Assembly: GCF_030144855.1 (NCBI RefSeq)
Contig: NC_082730.1
Coordinates: 2,976,001-3,040,000 of the forward strand
Source: Hypanus sabinus
Lineage: Eukaryota
DNA: 64,000 nt
Direction of reading: 5' to 3'
The first letter of the stretch is position 1. Every line of letters begins with the position of its first letter. Both the position numbers and the translations under genes were made by a program. Positions 62,078 through 64,000 of the stretch are shown piece after piece. Below the pieces are notes generated by a model. The model ran no database searches, was not told the DNA's origin, and saw nothing but the letters and a program-made list of their open reading frames with translations.

Positions 62078-64000
62078 TGTGCTGTCTTTACGACAGTTAT
62101 TTAGTTTATAATATTTTCGCTTAGTAATTCATTCAATAGTATTTTCTAGTTACCATTAGAAGTGTTTAAAGTGTATTCATTGCATGTAAAATATATCGGC
62201 ATGCGATTACGTCACATCCGGTTTCGCCGCGTCTTGTGGGAAAACACCGGTTTGAAATTAGCGCGAGGGTGGGGGCTTTCCACGAGGCTCACCTGAGCAG
62301 AAGCAGTTTTGCAGGCATGAGAAATCACAGTGAGACCAACGCTGTAAGTTAATAGATAATCGATATATTGAACTAAGATGTTAATGCCGATCCTGTTAGA
62401 AGTAACGACGGTAGATAATGTTTATGCTTTCGTTAGTTAAAGAGTCGCGGATAGTTTGCATGGAAGTGTATTTAAAGTAGTCAATGGAGCAGGTAAACTC
62501 TCCCTGTATACTGCACCTTAGTGTAATGTAGTTATAGTCACTTTTGCAAGTATTTACACTTGAAATGTGATATTAAGGAAGGAACAAATACTGTATCAAT
62601 CTCGTATTGTTTTATCAACAGTTTTCACCATATGTTAATGTGAAGAGTGAACAGTAAATGGTTAATCTTACTGCGATCTGGTTTTCATTGGCTGTGGTTT
62701 ATCCGGACGTTAAATTCGGCGTTCGTTACACCCGAAGGAGAACGTTACAGTGAAAAAGCGGCATTATCAGGTGTTTCAAGTGCTGCAATGTCAGCTCAAT
62801 CCAGCATCAAGTCGACGCCGCCCAGCGACAAGGGCGGTAAGCCGACATCAAGTAAGTCCACCCAGGCAAGAGCCAAGGCAGAAGCCGCCAAGGTGCGACT
62901 GCGTTACGCCAAACAAGAAGCCGAAAGGGCTGCCAGAAAGGCAGAAGCCGCCAAGGTGCTACTGCGTTACGCCAGACAAGAAGCAGTTTTGACAATGAAA
63001 CTGGCCACCAGAGAAGCCGAAATCCAGAAAGAAAGGGCCGCCAGAGAAGCCGAAAGGGCCGCCAGACAAAGAGAAGAGGCTGCCAGAGAAGCCGAAATCC
63101 AAAGAGAACAGGCTGCCAGAGAAGCCGAAATCCAGAAAGAAAGGGCCGCCAGAGAAGCCGAAATCCAGAAAGAAAGGGCTGCCAGAGAAGCCGAAGAGGC
63201 TGCCAGACAAAGAGAAGAGGCCGCCAGAGAAGCCGAAACCCAGTTGGAAATGACAAAAATATCGACAGAGTTGCAAGTGCTGCAGCGAGAAAGAGAAGAA
63301 GAAGCTGCCATGGCGGAAGCAAAGTACATAAAAGAAGCTGAAGGGTCGCGTGATCTGACCGCAGCAAGATCTACTTTAGAAAGGACCAGACTGGAACGCA
63401 CAAGCGACTATGTACGATCTCAAATAGACAGGCAGGCTCGTCTCCCCTCTCCATACCTATTCGATAACTTCCCCAGCTATGAGGAACCTCAGAGAGTCAC
63501 GATTGCATCACATCCATACGAGGAAGGAAATTTACCCTCACGGCTCCGTGATGAAGTCAAGAATGAAAGAACCGACAACGCTCCTTCACCCCCACAACAG
63601 GACGGCGGGGAGGGAGAGGTTCACTCCAGGACAACAATTGTCAGCTCGAACTGTACAGAAGTTTGCAGTCAAACTCAGTCAAGCCGTTCTTGTTCCAAGA
63701 TCTGCCTCACTGAGGTGTACCCTAAAGAAGCACAACAAGACATTACCAAGCGTAAAGTAACCGACGAGACGCTAGGTCAGTCAGTTTTTGTTCAAACCGA
63801 GCACGGAAACAAACTTGCACAATCAGCTCAAGATACCATTTCTTTAAAACCCAAAGACACCAAGGTCTTCAGAGATGAAGCAAATAATGGGGTTGCCCCA
63901 TTGCCTTTCAGAGAACCACGCCAGCGCTCACCAGATAACAAAGAGCAGGCAGTCAAACAGTTCACGTCCTCACGGAAAACCCAGAAAAGGAAACCTGAGA
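62078..64000 (+). mobile_element. BEL/Pao LTR retrotransposon 5' portion (LTR ends ~62749; left boundary approximate)
   Basis: LTR-like end gttaca|gtgaaaaag. ORF from ATG 62788 is open to the window end: E/A/R-rich coiled coil, then CSKICLTEVYPK and the pre-RT APLPFREPRQR.PDNKEQA block that I recall from vertebrate BEL/Pao. Confidence 0.78.

Noticed and set aside
62807-63401. Minus-strand hydrophobic repeat ORFs (LLWRPFL.., SLAALSFWISA..)
   Set aside because: Antisense shadows of the BEL coiled-coil repeat.

Overview
Vertebrate, repeat-saturated DNA, not prokaryotic. The repeat families (CR1 LINEs with an esterase ORF1, a tRNA-derived HE1/V-SINE-like SINE, Penelope tails) suggest a cartilaginous fish, probably a ray; this is inference. 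The only host-gene material I can support is a minus-strand tandem array (~6.2-20 kb) of phase-1/phase-1 exons encoding cysteine-less IgV domains of the CD2/SLAM/CEACAM-N type. It has three intact V exons, one mostly deleted and one fully deleted, and I see no C2, TM or leader exon. The rest is nested transposable elements (TEs): CR1, L1, Rex1/Babar, RTE, Penelope (with minimal hammerhead ribozyme motifs), hAT, Tigger, a Sleeping-Beauty-like Tc1, solo LTRs, a BEL/Pao element and a complete 4-kb non-autonomous Gypsy. The most striking observation is in that Gypsy (paired LTRs, tRNA-Pro PBS, PPT, 4-bp TSD): an intronless myosin heavy chain rod-like segment is fused in frame behind the RT YVDD motif, where RNase H/integrase should be. 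All homology calls come from motif recognition and recall; no database search was run.
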